From: the human T2T-CHM13v2.0 reference genome, Homo sapiens
Length of the DNA stretch: 64,000 nt
Assembly: GCF_009914755.1 (NCBI RefSeq)
Contig: NC_060930.1
Direction: 5' to 3' (one strand)
Shown: positions 33,189 through 52,087 of the stretch, one piece after another
Layout of the letters: the number at the start of each line of letters is the position of its first letter
How positions within the stretch are numbered: the stretch's first letter is position 1
The notes under the pieces: model-generated
The model's input: the letters and a program-made list of their open reading frames with translations, nothing else
Told to the model about the DNA's origin: nothing
Databases searched by the model: none
Position numbers and translations under genes: made by a program

Positions 33189-33945
33189 CTGTGGTTTGAG
33201 CAAAGAGAGGTTAAGATACCCTTGTTCAGTGGTTGCAGTAAATCTAAGGATGGTTCACTTCTAATTTCTATCTGTGATTTTTAGGTTCTATCCAAAGTGA
33301 TGAATTAAAGACCCTAGTTGTTTAGGAAATGGCTATCATTTGCTTCATGTTAAATCTGAGATTCGTTTGGTAGTCTCATGCACTTTTGTGTGTTGGTTAA
33401 CATGATTATTTAAGATTTTCTACATTTACTGTAACTATGTTATAGTATAAGTGCTTCTGATTCTCAAAGTTTAGGGTGTTGACTGGGTGTAGTGGCTCAC
33501 GCCTGTAATCGCAGCACTTTGGGAGGCTGAGGTGGGCGGATCACTTGAGGTCAGGAGTTTGAGACGAGCCTGGCTAACATGGCGGGGATTAGGCGGGTGC
33601 AGGGGTGTGGGGATTCTTAAAGGATTCTTCAGTGAGATGGGAAGAATTAAACCAATTAGCTCTGACACATATGAGTTTCATTCTATCCTCTTAACCAAAG
33701 TCACCGTCATGACCTACTTGATAAGAGTTTCTGAAGGCTAACTGGTGTGGCCTTTGCTGATGCAAATTAAGCTGTGTGTCAGGAACATGATGAACAGCCG
33801 ATCAATGTTAGCAGTCATGCTATGTGTTTGCCTTTTCTAGCAGTAGCCATTCTAGAGCTCTGTCTCTTTTATCAAAACAAATACTTCCCAAAGCAGGTTT
33901 TCCATTTTTCTCTAATAAGATAATATTGAACAAATCTAGGCTTAC

Positions 33946-33995
33946 CCTTCTGCAACTTTTCATATTATTCTCGTTTCAAGAAATTCTTCTTCAAA
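33946..33995 (-). pseudogene. GST pseudogene coding exon 2 (50 nt instead of 52)
   Basis: tttag|FEEEFLETR, 2-nt deletion, then *YEKLQK|gtaag. Confidence 0.88.
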
Positions 33996-34992
33996 CTAAA
34001 TAAAAGATAAAGAGACATTATTCCAACTTTAAAGTCAAGAAAACAAAGAGATTTTGTTTTTTGTTGATTTTTTTATTTTTGCTCCCATTCCTCTTTTTCC
34101 TTTTCTTCACCTAAGTTCTTCCTTCTTTCCAAACTTATGTCCTTTCTCCAACTTCCCCAATGATTTTTCCTCTTCTCTTTCTTCTTCCTCCTCTGTTATT
34201 TTCCCTTCATATAAAGACAAGTTAAATTTCTCTTTAATGCTCATATGTTCAATGAAAGGAATCCAGAGATCTTTAATCAGGTGAGATTATCATGATTTGT
34301 TGATGATGTTTCTAAAGCTTTTGTGAGAAAGATTGATTTTTTTGGTCCCCCCAAACCTTGAGATGTGGGTAAGCAGTTTAAGTGGAGATGTCCCTAAAAG
34401 GGAATAGAGAAAAACAAACAAAGTAATGAGTCCTTGCTCTAGAGAAGTTGGCATTCAGATAGGGAAAAGGAAGCCTACATCTGTATAAAATAATTCCAAG
34501 GCACTTGTGAAAATCTATGGAAAAGTCAGTGTGGAGGGAATTCAGAGTTAAGGAAAGATCCCATGAGGTAGATCTTTCAGGGAGGAGTTAAGGGGGAGGC
34601 CAGACTGCAGCTAGGCCTAACATTCCAGCAGCCATGAGTACTACATGACTGGGGTGCTGAGGCAGAGCTGAAAGACCCCAGAAAAACAGCTGGTCCCAAT
34701 GAAGAGAACGAGACAGATGTGGGTCTCCTCTCTCTTCTTTGTCTTGTGATCCACAAAAATCTTTTTAGCCCCTATGAAGCTTCTAGAACATGACCTCACC
34801 CGACAGCTCCCCCAATCCTCCCTAATCCTCCATCATCCTGTGATCCCTCCCTCACCTCTTACAAAGGAAGACAATTGGAAAGGAAAAGAATAGATACAGC
34901 CTGTAGGCACCATTCCAAAGCTTGAAGCAGAAAGGAGGCCACTTCATTCCCACCCAAATTACCATCCTTCCCAATCCCAGTCAGGAACCAGC

Positions 34993-35100
34993 CTCCCCTC
35001 CAGCTGCAGCCAGCAGCCAGGGGGATGGACTCCATCTTGCCCCTGCCATGAAAGTAGTAGAGCTTGGGTCTGGCTGCCATGATTCCTGGCTCAAAGTTTT
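34993..35100 (-). pseudogene. GST pseudogene first coding exon
   Basis: ATG at 35080: MAARPKLYYFHGRGKMESI, 1-nt insertion, WLLAAAGGE. AG acceptor at 35101-35102; the donor reads GC rather than GT. Confidence 0.92.
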
Positions 35101-35494
35101 CTAAAGGATATTTAAAAAAATTAAACAATATACTGACCAGCTGTATGGTATTTCTTCCCCATTTATAGCAATTCCAAAACGGGTAAAACAAAACTAGTGT
35201 TGAGGGATGCATACATAGGAGGTGAAACTATGAAGAAAAGCAAGAAAATAATTACCAAGGAAGCAGGATAATCGTTACTTCTAGTGAGGAGAATGGGGTT
35301 GTTATTGGGGAGGAGCATTTAAGGTTTCCGGGATGCCAACAATGTTCTATTTCTTAAGCAGAATTAGTGGTCTTTATTAGTCTTAAAATTGCACATAAAT
35401 GCATTTGCACCCTACCCTATAAATGCTCTAGCTCATAATTTAAGAAAAAAGAAAGAACAAATTATGTATATTATTTCAAAAAAAACCTCACACC

Positions 35495-36248
35495 ATATTT
35501 TTCCTCTGCTGGAAACACAAAAACAATCAACACAGAAGAGTTCTGTGACCCCAAAATATGTGGGGATTTCTCCCCACCGGCAAGCAAACAATTAATTCTG
35601 CAGCAGACACCAGCTGAGTGTCCTCCTATTTAATTCTGACACTATCCACCCGGAGACAGCATCAGATCCCAGAGAGTGAGGGCTCTGTCCCCAAACTGCC
35701 TCCCTTTCAGACACCAGTCATAAGTCCAGGCCTCCAGAACTTCTGACCAATCAGCTTCAAGTTGGGATTCCCACAACCCCCTCTTTGGGTTTAATTAATT
35801 TGCTGGAGCAGCTCACAGAACTCAAAAAAACACTGAAGTTTACCAGTTTACTATAAAGGGTATTACCAAGGATATAGATGAAGAGAGGCATAGGGTGAGT
35901 TGTGGGGAAGAGGCATGCAGTTTCCATATACTCCCTAGGCCTGTCACCCTCCAGGAACCTTTACTTGTTCAGCTCTCCTCAAACTCCAGGAATCCAGTCC
36001 TGGGTTTTTATTGGGCTTCATTATGTAACCATGATTCATTAAGCCATTGGCCCTCTTCGCTACATAGAGGTTGGGGTTTGGGGCTGAAAGTCCCAACCCT
36101 TTAACCATGTCTTTGTCCTTCCAATTGAACAGCCCCATCCTGCAGCTATCAGTCAACATTAGCATACAAAAGACAGCACTGTAGAGATTCCACGAATTTA
36201 GGAGTTGTATGCCAGAAAAGCAGAGGAAGACCAAATATGTATTTCACA
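35495..36248 (-). mobile_element. MER21-like LTR with adjoining internal sequence (36249-36387, continuing beyond 40500)
   Basis: The minus strand starts TGTGAAATACATATTTGGTCTTCC, preceded by the purine tract GGTGGGGAGGG; left boundary approximate. Confidence 0.65.
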
Positions 36249-36433
36249 ATAGCACAGGCTACCCTCCCCCACCTTTGAACACCAAGGTGTTTGAACATTA
36301 AAAGGACATACAACTTAAAAAGTACTGCCACATTACTAGAATCCATTTAATCAGTAATAATTAGTCCAGTCCATCATATTGTATTAATGTGTCCAGAATT
36401 GGTGGGTTCTTGGTCTCACTGAGGCAGTGCACC

Positions 36434-37850
36434 GTTGTCCTCTGGGGCAGTGCACCTTCCAGTGATTGCCTCGGCATAGTGGACATGGACGAGAGGGCAG
36501 CTTGTTTCTTATTGGACAATCTTTTTTAAAGTGTCCTAGTAAACCACACTGTAAAGAGCCCTACCGGGTGATTGGCCTGCTCTGTTTTCTGTCCTCTCTG
36601 AACCACCAAGGTTTGTTTGCCTGAGGGCCGTGACTAAGGCTGTGGCCTTTCTCTGATCTTGCTTTTCTTTTTGGGCCTGTTCCTCTTGGTCCCTATTATA
36701 GAACACTGAGGTTGCCAGGTTTAATAATGCCTCCAAATTTTCTTCAGGGCCCAGGGCTTGCTTTTGGAGCTTTCTCCTGATATCTGCGGCTGTGGCTGAT
36801 TGGGTAATAAACTTATCTTTTAGAATCAATTGACCCTCGAGTGATTCGGCTGACAGGGGAGTATATTTTCTTAAGGCCTCCCATAGCTGCTCGAGGAAGG
36901 CAGAAGGATTTTCTTCCTTTCCCTGAGTTATGGTGGACATCATTGAATAATTCATGGGCTTTTTTCTAATTCTCCTTAGTCCTTCTAGAACACAGGTCAA
37001 CAAATGTTTACAACTCCAGTCCCCATGATCTGAGTAAAGGTCCCAGTGGGGATCCATACTGGGGATGGCTTGCTGACCGGTAGGGAATTTGTCCCTTTCT
37101 TCAGCTGTCATTCTGTCATTTACTTGACTAAGATACCAGGTATCTCCAAACTCTCGGGCTACAGCTAAAGCTGCATTATTTTCATTAAAGGCCAGGGTTG
37201 GATCTAACAGTAGCATGACATCTCTCCAAGTGAGGTCGAAGGTTTGCCCTAGACCTTGTAGGACATCTCTGTACCTATCAGGATCATCTGAAAACTTCCC
37301 CAGGTCTGCCTTGATCTGTTTTAAGTCAGAGAGGGAGAAGGGGACATGTACCCGGGTTGGGCCAAATTCCCCTCCCCCTACAGCTTGAAGGGGACATAAC
37401 CAGTAGCCTGGGGGCATTTGTGGTCCTTTGGAGATTTCTTTACTTATTTCCTTCTGGGCAGGGGAGATTAGAGGAGGATTATCATTAATAGGAAGGGGAG
37501 CTATAGGGAGGCTATGATATGGGGGTAAGTTGAGCGGTCCTCCTGTGGGATGTAAATTGTAAGCTTTGCATTGTTGTGTATTCTCTGTCAATGAAAAGAA
37601 AGCTTGGACATAAGGTATTTCACTCCATTTGCCTTCCCTCTTACAGAAAAGGTCAAACTGCAGGATAGTATTGTAATTTGTACTTCCCTTCAGGTGGCCA
37701 TTTTTCCCCATCAGAGAGAGAATATTGGGGCCAGGCTGTAGTGTAGAAAAAAATGAGCCACCTCTTTTTCGGGGTTTGTGGGTCAAATTGGTCCCAATGG
37801 CTTAGGATGCATTTCAAGGGTGAACCTGTTGATGCCTGAGTGTTTCCCAT
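36434..37850 (-). pseudogene. ERV9 gag, frameshifted, with a long open central frame (ORF track 36536-37786, 416 aa)
   Basis: ATG at 37850 (MGNTQASTGSPLKCILSHWDQFDP); frameshift near 37680; open through capsid (PFSLSDLKQIKADLGKFSDDPD; MHR QGKEENPSAFLEQL.EALRKYT); frameshift just before the zinc knuckle (CGLLGHFKKDCP). Confidence 0.85.
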
Positions 37851-39174
37851 CTGAAAGACAAAACTGCCTGCGGTTTTGGTTTGTTTTGTTTCTCCCCCTG
37901 CCCAAGAACCCGTGACAGTCCCTGAACCCTGCTGATCGGAATAGTTGTGCTCACTGATGCAGCAACAGAAACAACCCCTACCCAAGAACCCGCAATGGTC
38001 CCTGGACCCTGCTGATCAGAACAGTTGCGCTCACTGACGCAGCAGCAGAAACATTAATTTTCCTCCCAGACCACATGGAGGACCAAGGAAGGTCGGATTT
38101 AGTGGCCCTTACTGATGCATTCTCGAAAACCTGCACCCTTGCCTGTCCTCCTAGACCACAAGGAGGGCTGAGAAAAATCGGATTTAGTGACACTTACCAA
38201 CGCATTCTTGAAAACCTGTTAGAGTCCTAAGCATTCACCTGTTAGTATTGGGACCTTACCCATGTCCTATAAAGATGTTATGCCCCAAAAATGAAGTGGA
38301 GGGCCATACCCTGAGGGAGGGAAGGGATCTCCAGGGTTGGAATAGTGACACCTTTTGTCCTCACTTATATGAATAGGAAGGATACAATTTCTGGGGCTCC
38401 CCATATCCTAGCTTCAGGAATAGCTTTTGTTAGGCCTGTTAGTCTGAGGAGGGATCCTAAAATTCCAGGTAGTCCCCCCTACAACAGGGCTTTGGGCAAT
38501 AATTATGCCTTTCTGATTGGTGAGCCAGGGTGCCTAAAGAAGTTAACAGAGTCTTGGAGTTTATACTAGAAGTCATTCTTATAGGAGAAACTAGAAAAGC
38601 CCCAGAGACAGGGAGCGATTTTTAGAAGTGGGACTAATCTTGGAGAAGAGAGGAAGTTTGTCTGGCAGGCATTAGGACCCAGGGGGCAAGGGTCAGGATA
38701 GACAGGATAGATGGGCGAGTCTCGCTTAGGTGACATGCCTTTGAGAGTTCCGCTCATGACCGCAGGGTCAGCCAACTTGTTGTCGGGACCCCGGAGCTGA
38801 ATGGCTTTCCTCTCTCTTGACTCTCAGCTCAGCCCAGAAGTACAGGAAAAGCAGAAGCCGGTTCCAGGCAAACCAACGCTCCCAACTCTGAAGAGTCAGG
38901 GGTTGTTAGAGAGCCCTTTCCCAGAAAGCCTGACACCTGTGTCTTTAGGCCGGCGGCCGTGCTAGTCACCTTTAACTGGCCAACAGGTGCCCGGTATTTA
39001 GCCCCCAAATTCTAAGGAAAAATAGGACAGAATAGCAAGCAAAAGGGGTCCAATGGTACTCACTGCTTGCCAATAGGTGACAGTCTTACCGCTCAACAAT
39101 AGGCAATGGTCTCACCACTTGGTGATAGTCTTACTGCTTGGTGATAGGCAATAATCCCTTCTGGGTCACCAAAA

Positions 39175-40495
39175 TGTGTCCGGAATTGGTGGGTTCTTGG
39201 TCTCACTGACTTCAAGAATGAAGCCACAGACACCTGCAGTGAGCGTTACAGTTCTTAAAGATGGCGTGTCTGGAGTTTGTTCCTTCTGATATTTGGACGT
39301 GTTTGGAGTTTGTTCCTTCTGGTGGGCTCATGGTCTCGCTGGCTTCAGGAGTGAAGCTGCAGACCTTCGTGGTGAGTGTTACAGCTCTTAAGGAAGCACG
39401 TCTGGAGTTGTTCGTTCCTCCTGTCTGGAGTTGTTCATTTCTCCTGGTGGGTTCGTGGTCTCGCTGGCCTCAGGAGTGAAGCTGCAGGCCTTCACAGTGA
39501 GTGTTACAGCTCATAAAGGTAGTGTGGAGCCAAAGAGTGAGCAGCAGCAAGATTTATTGCAAAGAGTGAAAGAACAAAGCTTCCACAGTGTGGAAGGGGA
39601 CCTGAGCAGGTGGCCACTGCTGGCTGGGGCAGCCTGCTTTTATTCCCTTATCTGGCCCCACCCACATTCTGCTGATTGGTCCATTTTACAGGGAGCTGAT
39701 TGGCCAATTTTGACAGGGTGCTGATTGGTGTGTTTACAAACCTTTAGCTAGACACAAAAGTTCTCCAAGTCCCCACTAGATGAGCTAGACACAGAGCACT
39801 GACTGGTGCATTTACAAACCTTGAGCTAGACACAGGGTGCTGATTGGTGCATTTACAAACTTGAGCTAGACACAGAGCACTGACTGGTGCATTCACAATC
39901 CTTTAGCTAGACATAAAAGTCCTCCAAGTCTCCACCAGATTATCTAGATACAGAGTGCTGATTAGTGCATCCACGAACCCCGAGCTAGACACAGAGTGCT
40001 GATTGGTGCGTATACAATCCTCTGGCTAGACATAAACATTCTCCAAGTCCCCAGCAGATTCAGGAGCCCAGCTGGCTTCACCCAGTGGATCCTGCACTGA
40101 GGCCACGTGGGTGGAGGTGCCTGCCAATCCTGCACCACGCACCTGCACCCCTCAGCCCTTAGGCGGTCAATGGGACCAGGCACCGCGGAGCAGGGGGCAG
40201 CACCCATCAGGGAGGCTCGGGCAGCACAGGAGCCCATGGGGTGGGGGGGGGGGCAGGGAGCCCACACCCACCCAGAATTCATGCTGGCCCGTGAGCACCA
40301 CGCAGCCCTGGTTCCCATCCATGCCTCTCCCTCCACACCTCCCCACAAGCAGAGGGAGCCAGCTCCAGCCTCGGCCAGCCCAGAGAGGGGCTCCCACAGT
40401 GCAGCAGCAGGCTGAAACGCTCCTCAAGCATGGCCAGAGTGTGCGCAGAAGGCACTGAGAGTGAGCAAGGGCTGCCAGCACGCTGTCACCTCTCA
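39175..40495 (-). mobile_element. LTR12 (LTR12C-like) 5' LTR, 1321 bp, with tandem CCAAT-containing U3 repeats
   Basis: The minus strand starts TGAGAGGTGACAGCGTGCTGGC; repeats GCTAGACACAGAG(T/C)GCTGATTGGTGCATTTACAA at about 39720-40030; U5 repeats GGAGTGAAGCTGCAG. Confidence 0.9.
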
Positions 40496-41076
40496 TTAAT
40501 GTCTTCAGAGGGAGGTCACTCAGGTTTGCAGATTTCCTTTCAATCAGTTCCAAAAGCAGGAGCAAACATATAGCTGCACCCTTTCAGACATCTGTTATAA
40601 TTGAGCTAAGAGACATGTCATCTCTTGCTCTGAGCCCCTTTCAAGGTGTTAATGTAATGTTGGATTTCCCTTCATTTATAACCCATTTATTCATTCCTTT
40701 ACACTCAGCTACTTCTCCCCTGCTCCATTAATACCTAAACTTTTTCACCTTTGGGAAGAACATTAGAACCGCCACTGTGCTGGTCTAGATTGCAGGCAGC
40801 AATACTAGTCTAGCAAGTACCTCCTCCTCAGTCCACTGCCATTCAGGTGGGGTACAGTTCCATAGGTGGAGAACTAGTGAGCTATTTCTATCACCAGGCA
40901 ATATAGCTGCATTCATTCAGCCCCAATTTTGCTAGACAGGATGAAGGCACAATCCTTCCCCAACAGGCCCTTAGGAATTCTGACACAAGGTCTGAAAAAC
41001 ACTGACAGTTTCTTGCTTAGAAATCCCTGCTTCCAGCACTTCTAGTTGCAGCCCCAGTCCTAGGACCATTGCATCA

Positions 41077-41648
41077 TGTTGGCAATAGGCCCCCAAAATC
41101 TGGCCATAAACTGGCCCCAAAACTGGCCATAAGCAAAATCTCTGCAGCACTGTGACATGTTCATGATGGCCATGATGCCCACACTGGAAGGTTGTGGGCT
41201 TACTGGAATGAGGGCAAGGAACACCTGGCCCACCCAGGGCAGAAAACCACTTAAAGGCATTCTTAAACCACAAACAATAGCATGAGCGATCTGTGCCTGT
41301 TCTAATGTTCCTCCAAAAGGTGAAAAAGTTTAGGTATTAATGGAGCAGTGGAGAAGTAGCTGATTGTAAAGGAGCTGCAGATAACTAGCCCAACCCATCC
41401 CTTTATTTTGGCCCATCCTTTTGTTTCCTGTAAGGAATACTTTTAGTTAATCTATAATCCATAGAAACAATGCTTATCACTGGCTTGCTGTCAATAAACA
41501 TGTGGGTAAATCTCTGTTCAAGGCTCTCAGCTCTGAAGGCTGTGAGACCTCTGATTTTCCACTCCACACCTCTATATTTTTGTGTGTGTGTTTTTAATTC
41601 CTCTAGCGCTGCTGGGTTAGGGTCTCCCTGACTGAGCTGGTCTTGGCA
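41077..41648 (+). mobile_element. MER9 (HERV-K HML-3) solo LTR
   Basis: Starts TGTTGGCAATAGGCCCCCAAAATCTGGCCATAAACTGGCCCC and ends GAGCTGGTCTTGGCA; 6-bp TSD GCATCA at 41071-41076 and 41649-41654. Confidence 0.88.
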
Positions 41649-42485
41649 GCATCAGGTAGGTTAGAAGAAAAACGTTTTTGAGGTGATTTGGGAAAGACAG
41701 AAAAAATTATAGTCGTTATACAAGTGTACTCTTCCCTTGGCAAAAATTGCATAGTCGTGTCACTGAAATGTGGGTTAGTTGCCACATGTAGAGTCCAATT
41801 AACAAGAGCAAGGTCTGATACCAAGAAAGTTAACTTAGCCCTTTCTTGCCACAGTCTTTTCACCCTCTGGGCACCATCTGTATTGAGTTGCTATTAAAAT
41901 TCAGTCCTTTTACATTGACTCTTGAGCTATTGCATGTTGAAAATTGCAGGAACTTCCTAAAAATTTATCACTTTACTGTCTTGGGAGACACCATGATAAA
42001 AAGGCACTTTGTTAACCCACATGCCCTGATGAGAGAAATCACGTGGTGGTTCAGTGACTCAATCCTAACAAACCTTAACATGAACCTTACAATAAAATGA
42101 ATGTGGAGAAAACATGAGGAGAGGGAGAGGAGAGACTGTGCCTTGTTAATCTCTCCTTAACAAGAGAACTCATCAATTCCCTGGCCCCCACCAGGGACCC
42201 AAGCAGGATGCTAAAGGAGTTACCACACTTTTAGAGGTCAAAAGTGGGGTGGCTAAGGAGTTCACAGACATGCCAAAAGCACCACGGGACAGCATACCCA
42301 GTGGCTTCTGGCATGGGCAAAGTCACCTTGTAAATGGGCCATGTTCCAGGTACTGACCAGGTGACAGGCAACCAGCAAATCAAAAGTCACTGGACCATTG
42401 ACAAGCAATGCCTCACTCAAAGGACCCCCACTCCCCAACCCGGTCTCCACCTGGCTGCCTTCTGAGAAAGATAAAGCAGCACTGG

Positions 42486-48920
<6,435 letters not shown>

Positions 48921-51348
48921 CTTCAAGGGTCTTTATAATCTTGTTTCTCCTCCGATGCATTCATCCTTTGCCCTATGGTCTTATCTGCTGAATACACCTT
49001 GTAAAGGGAGCCAGTCTCTTTGCAGTGACATTCTACTGACAATGTTAACAGTCACTCTGGATCGTTGAGGCAAAACAAGCACGTTTTTCTCAATTACTTG
49101 AATTGTTAGGCAAAAGCAGGGTTTTAGTGAGTTTTCTGGATAATAAAAATTATAAGGAGCGAATTTAGGAGACCGCCAGTTTTAGGGATGTTTTGGGCCA
49201 GAATATAAGATGTCAATTCTAAATATATTATCAATAGAAATATCCTTAACATTTACCTTAGCTTCACTAATGGATCAGAATGGCCTATCTTTATTACAAC
49301 CAGCAGATAAGAATGTGTCACTGGAACTAAAAACTCTCCTGGCTAGCCCTGAATTTTGATTTGCTAGTTTAGAAAGATGTAGCATCACTTTTGCTTTAAG
49401 TGTATAATACAACAGAGAAAGAATATTTTAAAGTTGGAAGATAACAATGATAATAACACAACCAAGGGTTCCAGTAGAGCTTTAAAGTATAGCCTTATTG
49501 TAGCTTCAGTAAAACTTTAAATTTATAGTGATTGATTATAAATTATTTCTCTCTACTTTTCTAACATATGACATGTTAACAAAAGACTGAATTAGTTGGG
49601 TTTGACATGCTACCAGCAAACATGGTCTCCTACATGGAACAAGCCCTTCCAAAAAAGATCTCAAGTATTTACATGGCACTTTTAGTACACAACCAACCAA
49701 ACAATATTACTGTGGAGGAGGTGATGGTCACTTACTTTGTAAAATGATTAAGGAGGGAGGTCTATTGCAAGCTTGTATAAAAAGCATCTTCTCCAGAGAG
49801 CACTATATTTCATTTTCGGAAACTAAATTTCCTTTCAACTAGGGCCTAATGGATTGATTCATGTTTCCAAAACTCACAAGAGATTGACTTATACCTCCAA
49901 GGCTTACAAACATATTTACATGAAAAATATATCTGAGTCAAGAAAGAGACTTTTATCTACCCAGGTTTTTGAGACTTCTTGGAGAATAAATAAAGTGAGC
50001 CATCACATGGCTCATTGCTGTCGAAAGACTGGGGCGAGTCCTAGAAAAATTTGTGTGAGAATTTTTGAGTTCTCATCTTGGCATAGTTCCCTGGGGGTGT
50101 AGAACCCTGAAGGAAGACCCCAGGGTCAGATCATTTGAATTAAATCTTCCAAGCATACATGGAGTAGATCTGTAGGTGCAGGAAGACTTAGTTTACCCGT
50201 TAGACACCATGGCACAATGTGGCTGGGGCCTATGTCCTTTTCAACTGGGTACAAAATTATCTGACATTTGCTTGAGATGGAAAAAATGTAATGGTCCAAA
50301 TAGTAAGTATTTTTAAATTCTACTAAGCGTATTATGTCAAACAATCAACTGAAACACCACTTAACTCTTAAATACTTATTTTTAAAATTACATGTAATGT
50401 GTGATGCAGGTATGGGGATATTTTAATACGTCTGATAGTATGTATATTATGCATAGACAATAAAAACCTTCAAAAGGTCTTGTCTACACGTACATTGGCT
50501 GTTTTTCGTTTACATTATCTACTCTGCAGAAAACAGTATCTGTTTATTTGATAGACTCAGGCTTGGAAATACTAAGCATTAAATTAACCACAAAGTTAAA
50601 ACAGTTGCTGAGTATAAGTAGAAAATTGGGCAGTAAAATATTATAACTATCCAACCAGGCCCCCAAAAGAGTATATAAGAACTTCACCACTCACCTTCTC
50701 TCTTAGGCTCTTATCTCCAGGGTGCTGAGGGGAGATTAAGTGAGGGTTTATAACCCTCTCCTTTCCTATTGAAAGCTCTGCCTGCTCAAAGTATCAACCA
50801 ACAGTCATTCCAGTTTGGGCCACACCTCTGGGGTTTCACTTTACATTCATTTTTAAAAAAATATTTTATAGCACATTGAGCTAACTAAGAAGAAAGTAAC
50901 ATTCCACTGGCTCATTCAACAATTGTTTGCTGAATACCCTTTTCTGCCAGACATTGTTTTAAGATTTGGCTCTATAAAGGTAGGTGTGACAGCATTTCTG
51001 CACCTGTGGTGCTTACATTCTAGAGGAGGACAAGCAGTACATATATATTTTTTAATGTGGTTTGTTCAAAATAATAGCAACAATGTATTGGATGATTATA
51101 ACTTGTGTATGAGTTAATGTATGAAAGCAAAGTTACAAAGAATGGGAAGGGGCAATTAGGAGCACTGTGTTATGAGGTAGCTGCACTATTTGAGAAGTGA
51201 TATAGTGTTACTTGAAAGTGGTCAAGATTAGTTGTTAATATATACTAGGGCAAATTCTAGGGCAACCACTAAAAATATGTTTTAAAAAAGTATAATTGAT
51301 TTGCCAAGAGAGGAGAGAAAATGGAATCATATAAATAATATAACCATA

Positions 51349-51788
51349 TGTGATGGTTAATACTGAGTGTCAACTTAATTGTATTGAAGGATGCAAAGTA
51401 TTAATCCTGGATGTGTCTGTGAGGGTGTTACCAAAGAAGATTAACATTTGAGTCAGTGGGCTGGAAAAGCCAGACCCACCCTTAATCTGGGTGGGCACAT
51501 CTAATCAGCTGCCAGTGCAGCTAGAATATAAAACAGGCAGAAAAATGTGAAAAGACCAGACTAGCCTAGCCTCCCAGCCTACATCTTTCTCCCACACTAG
51601 ATGCTTCCTGCTCTCAAACATCAGACTCCAAGTTCTTCAGTTTTGGTGCTCGGACTGGCTCTTCTTGCTCCTCAGCTTGCAGATGGCCTATTGTGGGACC
51701 TTGAGATCATGTGAGTTAATACTTAATATTAACTACCCTTTATATATATATATATATCCTATTAGTTCTGTCCCTCTAGACTAATACA
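51349..51788 (+). mobile_element. MLT2A (HERV-L) solo LTR inside an old L1 fragment
   Basis: TGTGATGGTTAATACTGAGTGTCAACTT...CTAATACA; 5-bp TSD CCATA at 51344-51348 and 51789-51793. Confidence 0.88.
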
Positions 51789-52087
51789 CCATACAAATGG
51801 AAGAAAAAAAAGAAATAAAGGAGCAACAATAGGAAACAGCTACAAACATGGTAGGTATACATCCAACTACATCAATAATTACTTCAAGTGTGAATGGTCT
51901 TAAATACACCAATTAAAAGACAAAGACTATCATGAGTAGATTAAAAAAAAAAAAACAAGACTCAACTGTGCATATACAAGGAAGCCATTTCATATATAGA
52001 GACACAGATTGATTAAACAAATAAGCATGCCAGAGGGTGCTGAGTGCTATGAAGAAAATAAGAGGATAAGAAAGGGGTTATGTGGGG

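Larger units (their letters stand above)
36388..40495 (-). mobile_element. ERV9 (HERV-9) provirus with a large internal deletion: 5' LTR12, PBS, leader, gag, then only about 35 bp of the 3' LTR
   Basis: 4-bp TSD TTAA at 36384-36387 and 40496-40499. The LTR end TGTGTCC(A/G)GAATTGGTGGGTTCTTGGTCTCACTGA occurs at both 36388 and 39175. PBS-like TGGTGACCCAGAAGGGAT at about 39153-39171. Confidence 0.9.

Noticed and set aside
33481-33582. 3'-truncated Alu left arm followed by a short G-rich stretch
   Set aside because: Consistent with an ordinary deletion; nothing further is supportable.
34859-35212. 117-aa ORF containing MAARPKLYYFHGRG
   Set aside because: Read-through of intron plus a frameshifted pseudogene exon; not a functional CDS.
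39700-40050. Regularly spaced ~40-bp repeats resembling a CRISPR-like array
   Set aside because: These are the normal LTR12 U3 enhancer repeats; there are no unique spacers and the context is eukaryotic.
49890-50265. Two short minus-strand segments with AG/GT-like boundaries (about 49895-49932 and 50197-50260)
   Set aside because: No recognisable protein similarity, and such motifs occur by chance; RNA-seq would be needed.
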